DNA from: Tubiluchus corallicola
Taxonomy: Eukaryota > Animalia > Priapulida
Direction of reading: 5' to 3'
DNA: 64,000 bases
NCBI GenBank assembly: GCA_030141605.1
Contig: JAQGDQ010000323.1
Coordinates: forward strand, 124,001-188,000
Positions 41,341 through 54,558 of the stretch are shown here, piece after piece. Position 1 is the stretch's first letter. Every line of letters begins with the position of its first letter. The notes under the pieces were generated by a model. It had not been told where the DNA came from. It ran no database searches and saw nothing but the letters and a program-made list of their open reading frames with translations. The position numbers and the translations under genes are program-made.

Positions 41341-41854
41341 ATGGATGCTGAGTCACTTATTTACTACAAATGTACAGCTTGTTGTGAATGCTTCATGGCT
41401 GAAGAGGTGTTCTTTGCTCACACCAGGATCTGGCACTGTAAGATACGTGTGAGTGAAGGTCACGGCTCGGATGATGAAGCCCCTGATGCCAGTAGCTGCA
41501 TTGTGAAAAGTGAACCTACTTCTGAACTTGATTTATATGATAGGCCTGTAAATCGTACAGGATCAGATGGAGCAAATGACCAGTATAGAGAACAGTCAAC
41601 AATCCCATTTGACACAGTTGTGGAAACAAGGTCGTACGTACGACAGTAGTGATGATATAAAAATACTAGATGATGTTTGTCATGATGTGCCACATCCTGC
41701 ACATGGATTTATGGATCTACAAAGAGCAGACGGAAAGTTGGTTATACATACACAGCAAATTTCGCCATCTCATCAAAGGGATCGAATTCAAAAGGAGAAT
41801 AACTCCCTAGTTCAAGTACATATACTTTGCTACACAGGCTTACGTGAAAAATAA
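41341..41854 (+). pseudogene. Truncated/frameshifted tandem paralog of the zinc-finger gene
   Basis: MDAESLIYYKCTACCECFMAEEVFFAHTRIWHCKI is near-identical to the neighbour's N-terminus. Stop at 41649, similarity (SDDIKILDDVCHDV vs SDVKTTDVSQDV) continues in another frame, and no C-terminal fingers are seen. The upstream flank is also duplicated. Confidence 0.7.
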
Positions 41855-44219
41855 TAATGACGAAATTTTCATGTGTAATGTTTAACATGACTCAGCGATT
41901 ATTATTACTGTAAGTTAAAAAAATTGTAGAATGTAATTTCAATTAGTTGTTTTCTAGGCACTATCTGGTGAACATGCTAGAAGCATAAAAGTATTTGGTC
42001 AGTCCATATATAGCTGTTAAAAACAAGTAAAACGTGCTTCAGGCGTAATAATCATAGAAATCACTGAAGCAAAATCATAGAAATCACTGAAGCAATTAAA
42101 TTTTCAAATAACAGAACCTGATCATTTATCAGATGCTGAATTTCTGTTTGTGTTAGCCATTTTACCTTCATTATAACTCTGCTAGGTACTTTCCAAGCGT
42201 TCCTGTGAAATGTGAGGCAGATTTCGAGTCTAGTCCTGTTAAGTCACTCTCACAAGAAGTCCATATAAGTCACATTGCATCTAACTGTATAGATCAGATC
42301 AGTGAGCGGAAAAAGAAACAGATAAAGTATTTAAATAATGTGATCTTTACCCAGTCAGTTATTAAACAGTAAACAAGGAGTGGAAGTTAGGCCTGGAGAA
42401 GTTCCGTCTATAGATACACAAAGTCAGGCTGCATACTAATCGATGTGCTGATTCTCTCCAGGTAATTAAAGTACACTGCCCTGAATAAATGTTATTTATA
42501 GAGAAAAACAAAATCATCAACAATATAATCAACGTGCCTACTTGCACTTGTTTAACATTGGCCTGGTACTAGATTTCATTATTGAGTATTGAAATCGCAA
42601 GTGAATTTAGTGAAAATATAAGAATCCAATGTAATTTTTTTTTAGCGTAACGTTTACGTCTACGAGTCGCTGAGTAAAACACTTTGCTGTTAAAAACATT
42701 TACTATACATTATAAGTTGACTTTAGAATTCAGAAAAAAGCACCACTATTTGATTAAAAAGTAGTTACACAAAAATGTTGTTCATTATAACCAATTGTGC
42801 GTTTTGGCATGTACACATTACTGCCTTTATCACAACACATTTTAGACCAAATTTGTCACAACTATTCGGTTAAATAAAGCGTAGATTGTCACACAATGCA
42901 CTAATTTTACACTCCATCTAGAAGTGTTAAATTATCATGTATGTAACGCACCCAAATTAGCACAATAACTATGTTGAGCTACAAAAAGGGGAAAAACAAA
43001 ATGACGAAGTTAGGCGGATCATGTAACGTTGCTTTAACTGAGGTGACTATGAAATTCTTAACTTCGTATTGGAGCAGATCCTGATTAGCCCGGATCTGCC
43101 TAAATCATGTAAATCTTAAATATAAAAGATAAACGTAAATATAAGCCTTGCTTGTTGTAAACGCCTGAATACAAAAATATCTTTACGGGATGTAAGGGTG
43201 AAAAACGTCCCACAAAAATTACTAATTTCATGTGATTCTTTTTCTCTTTTTTCAGCTGAAGATAAACTACAGAGGGAGTTTGAAACGTCTCTTTTCATAC
43301 TTTCTCAATTGCTGGATTTTCTTCATTAATTTTAAAAATCTTATTTTTCTTCATTTTCGAAGAATAGAACTTTGAAGCACTTGTATGCACAAAAGCGTTT
43401 TTTTATTTACTGTACTGGTGGGCTACAAATTGCGAATGGAGCTTTGTTGATTGTTGAGTTATTTTTCAGAACTATGAGGACATTTTAGAATGACAACCTC
43501 AGTGAAGAAATATGCAAGTGCCCACATTTGCATGACTTTCATGCAAAGGGGTTTACATGATTTTTAAAAAAACATATCGCAAGTCTCATTGTTTCTTATG
43601 TATTTTAATAAATGAATATAATTTATATGTAGGATATTTTATTTATAGCAAATTATATATGTTCATTTGATGGGTCACAATACGATCAATAATGTAATTA
43701 ATTTGTTACACCATATAACATTAACGATCGTATACTGGTATAATGAAACTAATTACCAACCAGATTTAGTTTAACTTAACTTCACGTGGATGAGTCGGCA
43801 ATTGATTCATGATAATTTGCATGGTAGCGAGGAAAATAATTGAGCTAACTAAGGAGGAGATTGTAACGTGTTGCTATTGCAATTCGATATGTGGGTGGTT
43901 ATAATGCTATTATTCCAATATGTCCTAATGTCGTGATTAGTATGACGGTAACGAAGTCTAAGAAGCTACATACTTAATCTCGTTGCAATTTTAATTCTCA
44001 CACAGTTCAGTTTCAGTCGCTGAAAAATATTCGGTTATACACTTTTGCTGTTTGATAGGTTAGCTTGATAAGGGTTGTGCTAATAGAAGTGCACCAATAC
44101 CAGCTCCCCATTTAGGTTAAGCATCTGCGACTGAAGTTCAATGGCTTTAAAGTGAAGCTGAAAAAAATCGCCTTGAAATTTTTTATCACTTACTGTCTTA
44201 TTCTGCACAGACCTTGCAT

Positions 44220-45289
44220 TAGCCGTAACGTAGTATAAAACATGTAACTAAACTCCTGTGATGACCGTTAGCTGCGCCCATTTTAACGGTATGTCGTTAG
44301 ATATAAGTTTAGATAACATGACGTAAGTTTGAAAAAATAACCGAAACTATTCGTAGCCAATTAAACAAAAAGCATAATTACTTTATTTTGTCAATAAAAT
44401 CAATAAGATGCTTTCTGGTGAACCAGTGGCGTTTTTTGGTACACAATGAGGTAGTGAAACAGTGACGTCTTACCAGGTGACGTGAACATCTTAAATTGTA
44501 AAGAATTTTCGTTTCAAGTTCCATATGTCTGTGAAACAGACAAGCGTAATGATATGTAATAAAACTTTTGTTTGAAACGTTTTTTGAGACGTAGTTTAAA
44601 GTTAATTTTTCTTTGCTCTTAAAGGACAAGAAAACACGTTTCATAAATAATATTAAAAAATTCGCCTTGAACGCTGCCTCAAATGGCGTTAACGTAACTT
44701 GCGGATGCGGATTCGTTTTGACGCGTGCGGAATAGATAAAATAGGTTTATATTGTTTTCGATACACCGGTTTATGCAGTGCGGATGCGTTTTTCTTTTTC
44801 TGTAGATGTTTCCTATTGATTTTTCCCGTAGGCTGTTCCGCAGCGTGGAAAACGCACCCGCATCCGCATTCGCAAGTTACATAAATGCCAAATTATTGCA
44901 GACAGAACTTTGTATAAGCAGTAACGTTGTATAAAGACTTTAAACTACCGTGATGACCGTTGGTTAAGCGCTGCTATTTTAACTCATTTGAAGGAAGTTT
45001 ACACAATCAATATAATTATTTGTAACACATTCTTTGCTACCTAAGCAAAAGTATAAACTACTTTATATTGCCAGTAAGAGTAATATTGTTTTTTGGCGAG
45101 TCATTGACGGTTTTGGTGCACCATGAGCTGGTGATACATTGCCGTTTTCCGTAAGCATTAGAAATTACTACGAATTGTTTTTCCGAGTTACACAAGTCTT
45201 TCAAACAAGTAAGAGCAATGTTAAGTAACATAATTTTGTATAGAAAGTTTTTGTGATATTCTTTAAAATTTCTTTTTCTTTCCCTTTAA
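44220..45289. mobile_element. Two abutting family A elements sharing a TTAA (44619-44622)
   Basis: The first copy ends ctttgctcttaa; the second starts at once ttaaaggacaagaaaacac and ends ctttccctttaa at 45289. Confidence 0.7.
44684..44890. mobile_element. MITE with about 29-bp inverted termini, nested in a family A copy
   Basis: tggcgttaacgtaacttgcggatgcggat / atccgcattcgcaagttacataaatgcca. Confidence 0.75.
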
Positions 45290-46807
45290 GGTTAATTGTA
45301 TAATGTTGCTGGTGGAGAGTGTTGAAATGTTGATTACGTGAACTCTCCCGATCTTGTAATTTTTAGTTCTTAAGCAATCAGATTTTTTTTACTGAAAGGC
45401 AGAGCCTCGGAATTCTGAAGGTCTCGAAGAGTTAGAAAGAAATTGTGAATTTAATTTAGTATTGTTGTAAGATCAACATTTCTGTCCTGGCCGCAAATAA
45501 AACCATAAGAACAAGAATTAAAACATTATGGCACAACAATTTTATTGCAATAGAACGTGACGAACAATGACAATCTCATAAGTTATGTAGTTCAACTTCA
45601 CGTTACAAGTTAGTGCAACGTATTTACAGATAACTTGTTATCTGTAAATAAATCACATTTTAACTTATTACACTAGTAATTTGTACTACAGCTTACACAC
45701 CAACATATTTTCCAGAGAAAAACTCTTTTAAAGAGGTTTTTAACTCTAGGTCTATCTAAATGGACTTGGCATTTACTCAAGAACCATTTATACAGTTGCT
45801 AAATGTGAGGAATGAGATTTATTCCAGTGAAAGCAAGATAGTTTTTACAAGGCTTTAAATTATTTTACTGCAGCCTATAATTGCATTCATATTTACAGTA
45901 CGTTTAAGCTATAGCAAAAATTAAACTGGTAATTACGATTGTAATGTCTTTTTTCACAATTCACGTTTGCGATGATAACTCTGTAAGATGAGATAAACAA
46001 CAAGTAAAGGTTAATAAGTGTTTAAAAACTGGCATTAAACAGTCACCAATCCGCTTACTAACTAGGCCTAGCACAGATTTACTTGGTTCCTAAACACACA
46101 CCACGGCCTCTCAGCTACGTCTTCGTTTGACTAGATAAAATATCCTTGTCACGAAGACGTCATCAGACTCTTCGCTTTTTGGAATTTTAACCTCAAGGTA
46201 GTATTCTAGGCTCGTTTTAATTTCCCTTTTTAGTGATATAGAGACGCACAAGATTTCTCTCTTTGTAATTTGTCTGAACTAAATGAAATTTTAACGTTTA
46301 TTATGGAGAATTAATTATATAAAAATAATTTTATTGTATCTTTAAGTACAACATTAGTCATGGTCATTTTTGTCTCTTTTTTGTTTCGTCTGTCGTGGAT
46401 TGTCAATATGTTTACTAATTAATCTGTAAATATGTACTGTGTTATTGTGTTGTGCTAATGTATTTTTTGTACGAATAAATAATAAATTTATTAATCACGT
46501 TTCGAAATTGTTAGCTGAACAAACTTACAGGTTATTTCTGTTACTGAAAACTCGTAAAGACGTTTAACAATGTGTTTATATTATATATGTAATTCGCGTT
46601 CAGAACTCGTGAAAGTAAGGCTACTATTAAACTATATGATCAAATATATTCTACAAAATGCTTCACAGGGATGTTGATATCCCTGTACCAAAAACATTAC
46701 GTTCTATGCAATATTTCTAGATGAGGTATATTGAAAAAACTTGGACATTTTCAGAAATCAGCTACAATATATACCATTTACCTAATCCGAAATGAGTCCG
46801 TGACCTC

Positions 46808-48211
46808 TTACTCAATCACAGCATTCGCCGTACTTTCGATTCCCGATTGAGCGTCAGTTGCCAAACCAACCCTTCTTTCCCTTCTTTTTCTGTTCGTTGT
46901 CTCTGATACCGGATTACGGCTGATTGTTCCTCGTGAGTTTGAACATTTTAGCAGTTTTGCAAAAGCTTGTCTAAACTCGGCATTGGACGCGTGATAAAGA
47001 AACGGATTGATGGTAGAGTTGGCATACGTCATGTAAAAGAAGATGGCGTACGCTGTCTCTGAGATCCACTCCGGATGAATGGCGCTGATGTCAAAGACAA
47101 AGTGAAATGGTACCCAGCATACAGCATAACCAGCTATTATGTACGTCAGCATGATGAACACTCTCTTCTCTCGTCTTTCGCGCTCTTTTTCTGGGTCACG
47201 TGGTTTCTTTCGCTTTCTTCTCTTTCTTTCTTGTGCACTGTTTGATGCAGAGAGGTAGTTGGTGCTTGTCTCAATAACTGAATTTGGCATTTGCAGAGTA
47301 TTTTCGGCAGGTGCTGTCTCCTGCTGGTTGTATGACAAGTCGACCTCATAAGCACTCTGATTCGCTGAGCATGACTGGGAAACCGTGGAGACTGTAAGTG
47401 GTGACAGTCTGCTGAAAATTGGCTTCACTTTTGAACGAATCTGCATTTTTCGCAAGATGGTGACGTAGCAGAATCCCAGGATGACATCTGGCATGTGATG
47501 ACCAAAAATTGCCACAAATATGACAAATTCCTTGTTGTTTGATGGCTCCCATATGCATTTGTATGGCTCCGACCATTTTACTCTGTCCATGATGCAAGGG
47601 GGCAGCCATATGATGAGCATCAACAACCAGACTGTACTTACTGCAATGACCACCTTCGATTTCTTGTTGTGCTTTTGGTAGTGGATGGGCCAACTGATGC
47701 TCCATAAGCGGTCGATCGATATCGCTACCAATGTAAACACAGATGCGAATGTCATGCCATAATCGAAGAAGATCCAGACACCGCACATGAACATTCCAAA
47801 CGGCCAACAGCCCATGACCCTGTCCACTGAGTAAAAGGTCATAGCTGAGAGACCTACAGCAAAGTCAGTTATGGCAAGATTGAACACGTAGTAATTGAAC
47901 GTTGTCTGTAGATTCTTGTACTTTAGTATGGCAATGATGACTAGTAGATTACCAAATATGGTAGTGCTCACGACGACAGCTAGTATGAACGCAAGGACAA
48001 TCTCGCCGGTTTCGATGGGGCCACTAACCACACATGCTTTCAGTGCAGTCTCTGTGTCTTCTGTTACATGTGTCAAGTTGCAATTGCTGTTATTGTTACT
48101 GACATGTCCACCTTCTCCCGTTTCGTCATCAAAGCAGAGCAGAGCTGTATGATTCCAGTAGAAATCTTTCGTGTCATTCATCTTGTAAAGATCTGAAGTG
48201 GACAAAATCAT
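46808..48211 (-). CDS. Rhodopsin-family GPCR, biogenic-amine-receptor-like, uninterrupted CDS
   Basis: 7 TM with GNLLV, NLAITD, WPFG, TM3 Asp (WIFFDY), SIDRL, CWVPF, NSTINPFLY and a long basic ICL3. The true start may be the Met at 48181, just after a ccacttcag acceptor. Confidence 0.95.
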   Translation of the reverse strand: MILSTSDLYKMNDTKDFYWNHTALLCFDDETGEGGHVSNNNSNCNLTHVTEDTETALKACVVSGPIETGEIVLAFILAVVVSTTIFGNLLVIIAILKYKNLQTTFNYYVFNLAITDFAVGLSAMTFYSVDRVMGCWPFGMFMCGVWIFFDYGMTFASVFTLVAISIDRLWSISWPIHYQKHNKKSKVVIAVSTVWLLMLIIWLPPCIMDRVKWSEPYKCIWEPSNNKEFVIFVAIFGHHMPDVILGFCYVTILRKMQIRSKVKPIFSRLSPLTVSTVSQSCSANQSAYEVDLSYNQQETAPAENTLQMPNSVIETSTNYLSASNSAQERKRRKRKKPRDPEKERERREKRVFIMLTYIIAGYAVCWVPFHFVFDISAIHPEWISETAYAIFFYMTYANSTINPFLYHASNAEFRQAFAKLLKCSNSRGTISRNPVSETTNRKRRERRVGLATDAQSGIESTANAVIE

Positions 48212-48366
48212 AAATTACATTTGATCAACAATTCCTACGACAAATTTATTTTAAGATCAGACCATTTAGCTTGGGTCCCACACGAAAAATCCCACAAGGA
48301 AAAGAAAGAAAGAAAGAAATTGTGGGCATCCATAATTTTTTATTCATTGTCTATTCTTATCGTTAA

Positions 48367-48840
48367 TTAAAGGAAAGGACAAGTCACTTGGCATGTTGAG
48401 TTTTTTTACTTTTATCATTAAAATTTAGAAAAACATGACAAAGAAATTTGGAAAAAACTGGAAAGCATAAAGTTAATGAAACTCCTGTTGTGTAGAAATT
48501 TTTAGGCGCCATAGCAGCCGCCGTCGCTTGAAAATTGTGACGTAACTGGTGGACTTCGCGACTTTTCGTAAGAGCATCGTGGCTTTCCGCAAAGGCCTAA
48601 AGTAATTTAAAACTTAAAACAGCTTACCTATATGCAAAAATATCACAAAATTAGCTATCTGGTTTTTTGTAAAAACCTATTTTACTTTTGAGGGAAATTG
48701 ACAGTGCTTTGCTACGATGAGCGACGTCATTGGTGGAAGAATGAGCGTTCAAAATGGAAGCGCCCAAGTGTGAAATAGTCGCGAATTTAGAGTAATTTTG
48801 CTAATTACACGAGACGTACACATTTGTTACTAAATCCTTC
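48367..48840. mobile_element. Family B Kolobok-like element
   Basis: Starts ttaaaggaaaggacaagtcact; the internal part is the reverse complement of parts of 51246-51810. Right end uncertain. Confidence 0.6.
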
Positions 48841-51245
48841 AAAATTTTTCCTGAATACTGAAATCAGTCTATCTTCACACACATCAATTACTTAAATCTA
48901 TAACTTCACATAGTTTTATACATTTGGACGTTTTCTGCATAACAATGGCGTGACAGGGCGAATTATTCAGTGCCATCCAACTACGTTGCAACATAATATC
49001 ATGACAATGGCGAACGAGATTGCAGTGAAAAGACGACGGACGAGCAGGAATATTCCAAACAAGGGATAAGATCAACTTTAAAACATCAGAAGATGCGGTT
49101 ACCTGCCGAATTTTGGCGGTAGATCAGAAGCTCAAATTGCCGTAAAGAAAGTTGATCTTATAGTGTAAAACATAGTTTGTACCAATTCGTCCATATAACT
49201 GTCAATTTATCAATTATATCATTTCGTAGTTCCCGTATATAAAGAATCCCGTTATGCTTCGAGTAATAACATCATAGTTAGGAATATTAAAATTTACAAA
49301 TGTTTCACTTATGCTACATCTTCCCAAAATGTTGAAGAGCCTATGAAATTCTCGCAGCTGAGGCTATTGTAATAGTAACACTTTTAACAGCTAGCTAGAA
49401 CCTTACCTAGTTCATTTTTTCTTGTTCTCAAGCAAGATCCTGCTAGTAAATCACTCTACCCATAGACTAATGCGTAATTAAGTAAAGCCCACGTAAAATA
49501 ACTGAAGTTAGTGAACTGATGCGGCAGACGACATTGTGTTACCCAATTTTATGAAATGGTAGTACAATCGCTAATTAGGCAATTAATGTTAACGCCCGAC
49601 TACAGGAGCTTCGGCTGGGTCGGAATGGCTATGATGAATACCAGAGCGACCTCAGACCACGAAATACGCGTTGTGTAGTGAATCTGTATCTCCCTATTTT
49701 ACTAGCTGGGCTCCGCAATAAGCCACTTCAATGTGAATATGATCCGTGGTAGGTTCGTGTCTTTACGAGTTTGCAAGACTTCTAACTAGTACTAGACAGT
49801 ACAAATCAAAGTGAACACACTATTGACAGCTGATTACAAGGCTTATTATTTAGACAAGTTCGATAACCTGGTGGTTTTGACAAAAACAATTTTAAATAGG
49901 TTCACGCATATTGCGTTTACAATCATTCAGCAAAATTCACGACTGTAGTGTCGCTGTACAATTCACTATGGTCACATACAATTCCAAGACAACTGTTCCT
50001 TTAATCAATAAAATACAATCTGCAACAGTTAAGTACAAAGTTCTTGGTAACAGATATATAATGAATAAGATTACTTAACTCCGGGACTGGCCAGTTTTAC
50101 AAATCCCTACAATTGGCCAAGTCCTGTTGCTAGCATGAGCCGTTCTGAGATTCAGAGGTTGGTATTATCCAACGACGCAGATGTTCACTCCACGCTGAGC
50201 AAAAAAACGATAGCAGAGTTCCTGGCTGAGAGTCCACCCCATCACCTTCTTGACATCGATCAAAATCAAGACAACACCAGCCTCGATTCTTGTCGCCCCC
50301 CCCTTATGAATACCTCTGGTCATGTGACAAGACACACTTCGTGGCTGGTCATCAGAGCATTCTGAGCACTCCTGAGCGCTCTACCGATTTGACCATCTAG
50401 GCATCTCGACTTTTTAGTGCTTCGATACCTTTTACTATCAGTGGGACAAGGTCCCATAATGTCACTGTTCCAAAATTCATAGCCCTATTTTCAGCCCCCA
50501 TTAACGTTTAGTAAATTGGCCCGGAGTTTGTCTTTTGTCGAGTTCGGACATCCGTATTCTTAATCATGAACGATGGACACCACCTGTTAATTAGCTAGGC
50601 TGCCCCGTGGACTCTGTTAGCGAGCTTCAAACTATCTCTCAAGTTCACACACTTCCAAATCAATATAGGCCAACCGCCTCCAAAATTTCATGGAGTTCAT
50701 CCTGTGGTTACATCTTAATCTGCTTATTGCTTTATTTTCCATTATTCAGTTTAATTTAAGGAGGTGATATTATTAATCAGTTGTCCGAAATGTTTTCATA
50801 CCTACATTAAATGCAAGATATAAGCTGGGTGATTTATCTTCTCTGTACAAAATAATCTTCGCTTAGATGCTAATTATTTATTAATTAATTTCGATTTTAT
50901 TTTTCTAATGAATGATTTAACATTCTAAAATAAATTCATAACAAATGCTTTACACACATGTCACGTGACGGTTGTAGTTAAGACGCGTGGCTGTCTTAAC
51001 TTTTGACCTGCAGCAACTGCGCGTGCGCACAACGAAGCTGTGAAAATGCTTATTAAACAAAGATAATGCTCTTTAACAAACAGGATAACAAAATTATTTA
51101 AACTGAACTTGCCAAAGACAAATATATTTGAGCGATTGAGCCTATATTGTATACTAGAGAGGGGTAATATGGACACGCAGATAATATGGACATCCCCTCT
51201 CATTCTGGCATTCGCGACTGGAATGAGGTACCAGTTATTGCTAGT

Positions 51246-51810
51246 TAAAGGAAAGGACAAGCCTTCTGGGAAGTCAGGCTTATTTTAATGTTTGCGAAAA
51301 ATGTTAAAAGTATTTAGTAATAGAATTGTAATAAGCGCCTCGTAAAATAAGTAAAATCACTTTAAAGTCATGATCACTTCATGCTTGGGCGCTCCCATTT
51401 TCAATGCCCATTCTTCTTCCGACGACGTCATTCGTCCTGAAGAAAAGTAGCGTCTTGGCAATCTTTGTCAAAAGTAGAATACGTTTTTTACGAAAAATTA
51501 GATAGTTAATTTTGTAATATTTTTGCGTGGACATTATATAAACTGCAGAAGTTTCAATAAGTTTAAGCAGCGCTTGCTTATGGAAAGCCAATATGTGGTT
51601 ATGAAAAGTCCTGAAGTCTCTCAGTTACGTAATAATTTTCAAGCGAATGGCGGCAATCACCACCATGAAGATGTAGTATATTTTAAATTTATGCTGTACA
51701 GATTTCAAAATTCTTTGTAGATATTCCAAATTTCTTTGCGATATTTTTCTAAGTTTAAGTGATAACAGTAAAATAAACCCAACATATTGAGTGACTTGTT
51801 CTTTGCTTAG
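51246..51810. mobile_element. Family B Kolobok-like MITE with both ends
   Basis: ttaaaggaaaggacaag ... gtgacttgttctttgcttag, an imperfect TIR. Confidence 0.7.
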
Positions 51811-52849
51811 GAGTTATGCAGGCTAGACACGTTGCTGGTAATGCTGTAGACAGGAAAGCCGATTTATTAGGAACTGTAGTAAAATTCAAGCTATAAGCGG
51901 CTTACAACGATGATTGGAAAGTATAGCATTACAAAAGAAACAGGCAGGAATAATAACGAAAACAATAAGTTGTGCACTTACTGACTGCCATGTAATGTTT
52001 AAGACCTAGCGGTTATCGAGCTCAGAGTTAGCTCGGCCCTCTGACCAGTAAGTGGACAAATTCATTTACCGACTCTTATGCAAGAGTTATTTTTAATTAT
52101 GAGCATATTCATGCAAGTAGTGGACCAATTAGAGTAACTGTAAACGGTATGTAAACAGCAGCGGGAGGACGGTTAACAATCATTTCTGGACAAGACGCTT
52201 GACCTATGAGTAGTGCTCCTTACGAACTCTTCATGTGACTCTCTACTTGCCAATGTGCCAACAAAATTCTATGATTTAGAAACGCTTTACTTTCCCGTGA
52301 TAAACACCAGTTTTAAAAGCGCGCTAGTTTCATTGGAAACGGTGTTAAAAGCAGACAATCACTGAACAACCCTATTTGGGTATCCTGCTTGGGATAATTT
52401 CAAAATGGCCGCATAACATGGCCGTCTAATTGGGGTAAAATGGACCCCTTCAAATTGGGCAGAAATGTGTAGGCTAATGCCTCAAGTTTTCTATTACCTC
52501 TGTGTACTGGAATACTCAAGAAACTGGAATATTCAGGAACAGTAGAAAAGGAATACAATGTTTAAAATTAAGTAATTAAGCTTAGTAAGTAGCTTAATTG
52601 AGCTAGTAAGTAAGTTGTAAATAATGAGTGTTTTATTTCCCATGTTAATTTAGGTAATTTTTTGTGAGATATCAGCTTCACTTGAAATTTGTTTGAATAG
52701 AGTGGATCGTTTAAGTAGCTGTATTTATTACTATTTAATACCAGTGATTTTTTGTACTTGCATATAGTGGTTTAATTTTCAGCAATTAAAACACGAAAAT
52801 TTAATAAATTAAATAAAAATCAAGAATCTTCGCTGTTACATGCATTTCG

Positions 52850-53286
52850 TCATTCGCTAGTTAGACGGGCACTAGCGCCTGCGTTTCGGAAATGCATTGC
52901 ACAAAAAACAGGTACTGCACCTCTCAGTTCAGATGTGTTCGTTTGCGACGTACTGCTCACGTTCGACAGCTCATGCGTGAGCACAGCGGTAAATTTGAAA
53001 ACAGAATTTTTATCTTAAAACTTGCTGTGTTTTAGTACAACACACTGAATCACTTGCAGTGGTGCTGTACTTCAATTTTCGCTTTCACAAACACGTGCAA
53101 CACGCAGGTGGGATATTTTTGCTGTTGAAAATTATGTTAGTTTGTGACGTCGTCAATAGCTTGGCGCGCCTGCCGTTAAATAAGATTTTAATCTATTATT
53201 TAATTATCAGAAACGCTTTTGTAGCATTAATTGTGGTAAAATGTTTGCTTTTTATTGGACTTCTCTTTTATCTTGTCTTCCTTTAA
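52850..53286. mobile_element. Family C element copy
   Basis: attcgctagttagacgggc...tttcacaaacacgtgcaacacgc matches 32.7-33.5 kb; ends gtcttcctttaa. Confidence 0.75.
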
Positions 53287-54056
53287 TGCACGTTGACTTT
53301 TCTGACAGTTTATTGTGCGCTGTTTTGTACATGGCATCATTATGCTAGAAGGGCCTGTAATTAGCTCAATATACCTCTCCTGCGCATATCTAACTGTGTT
53401 GTTTATGCCAACCTAACATCACCTTAATAAGGAAAGTCAAAACACAATAAAGTTGTGATGTTTTTCATCAAGACATTACAAGAGATGGTGCACAGCGTGT
53501 CGAAGTCTTTTTGAACGCGGAATTAGCGTCACGCGTCACGCACTACACAACGAAGCTATTTTAGCGCGCTGATTGCGCCCATCTTATGACACACGCAGGG
53601 TTTCTTCGTTACGTTAGAGCCTGGCTTCTTTAGTATATTATTTACTAGTTTATAATTTGGAAGAACTACAGACTAGTTTCAATGATGACCAAGAACCATC
53701 TTTGGGAATCTGAAAAATTCAAGATGGCGGCCAAGATGGCCGCCAAATTTTAAATAATGCCGATGGTGTGATCAGCCGGATTTTTCAAACACCCTCTTTC
53801 AAACAATGGCCATTCATTTTACAGAACGCACTAATGTATTAACGACAAATGAAACTTGTGTATAAAATATCAAAATATAAAGTATAAATGTTATTGGTGG
53901 AAAAACTGTGACTGACGTGTCATATATACGAGGTACGATGTTTAATTAAAAAAACCTCCAAAAAGAAAATAACAGGAGCATCACAGCTTAAAGCTGTGCC
54001 ACCAACGATACCAACGACGGAAGGTTCCCCCGAAAATTACGAGGTTTATTACGGCA

Positions 54057-54059
<3 letters not shown>

Positions 54060-54143
<84 letters not shown>

Positions 54144-54146
54144 CCC

Positions 54147-54199
<53 letters not shown>

Positions 54200-54558
54200 A
54201 GTCTTTCTCCCTCTTCTCTTTCTGCCTCTCTCTCCTCTCTCCCTGCCCGTCTTTCTCTCTCCTCTCTCTCTGCCCGTCTTTCTCTCTCTTCTCTCTGCCT
54301 CTCTCTCCTCTCTTTCTGCTCGTCTTTCTTTCTCTCCCTCCCCCCTCTCTCTCTGCGCGTTTTTCTCTCTCCTCTCTTTCTGCCCGTCTTTCTCTTTCTT
54401 CTCTCTCTGGCTCTCTCTCCGCTCTCTCTGCCCGTCTTTCTCTTCTTTCTTTGCCCGTCTTTCTCTCCCCCTCCCCTCTGTCTCTTTCTCTGCCCGTCTT
54501 TCTCTCTCTCTTCGTCTCTGCTTCTCTCTCCTTCTCTCTGCCCGTCTTTCTCTCTTCT
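54060..54558. repeat. (CT)n microsatellite and CT-rich low-complexity tract
   Basis: Direct reading; source of the spurious SL/ER ORFs. Confidence 0.95.
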
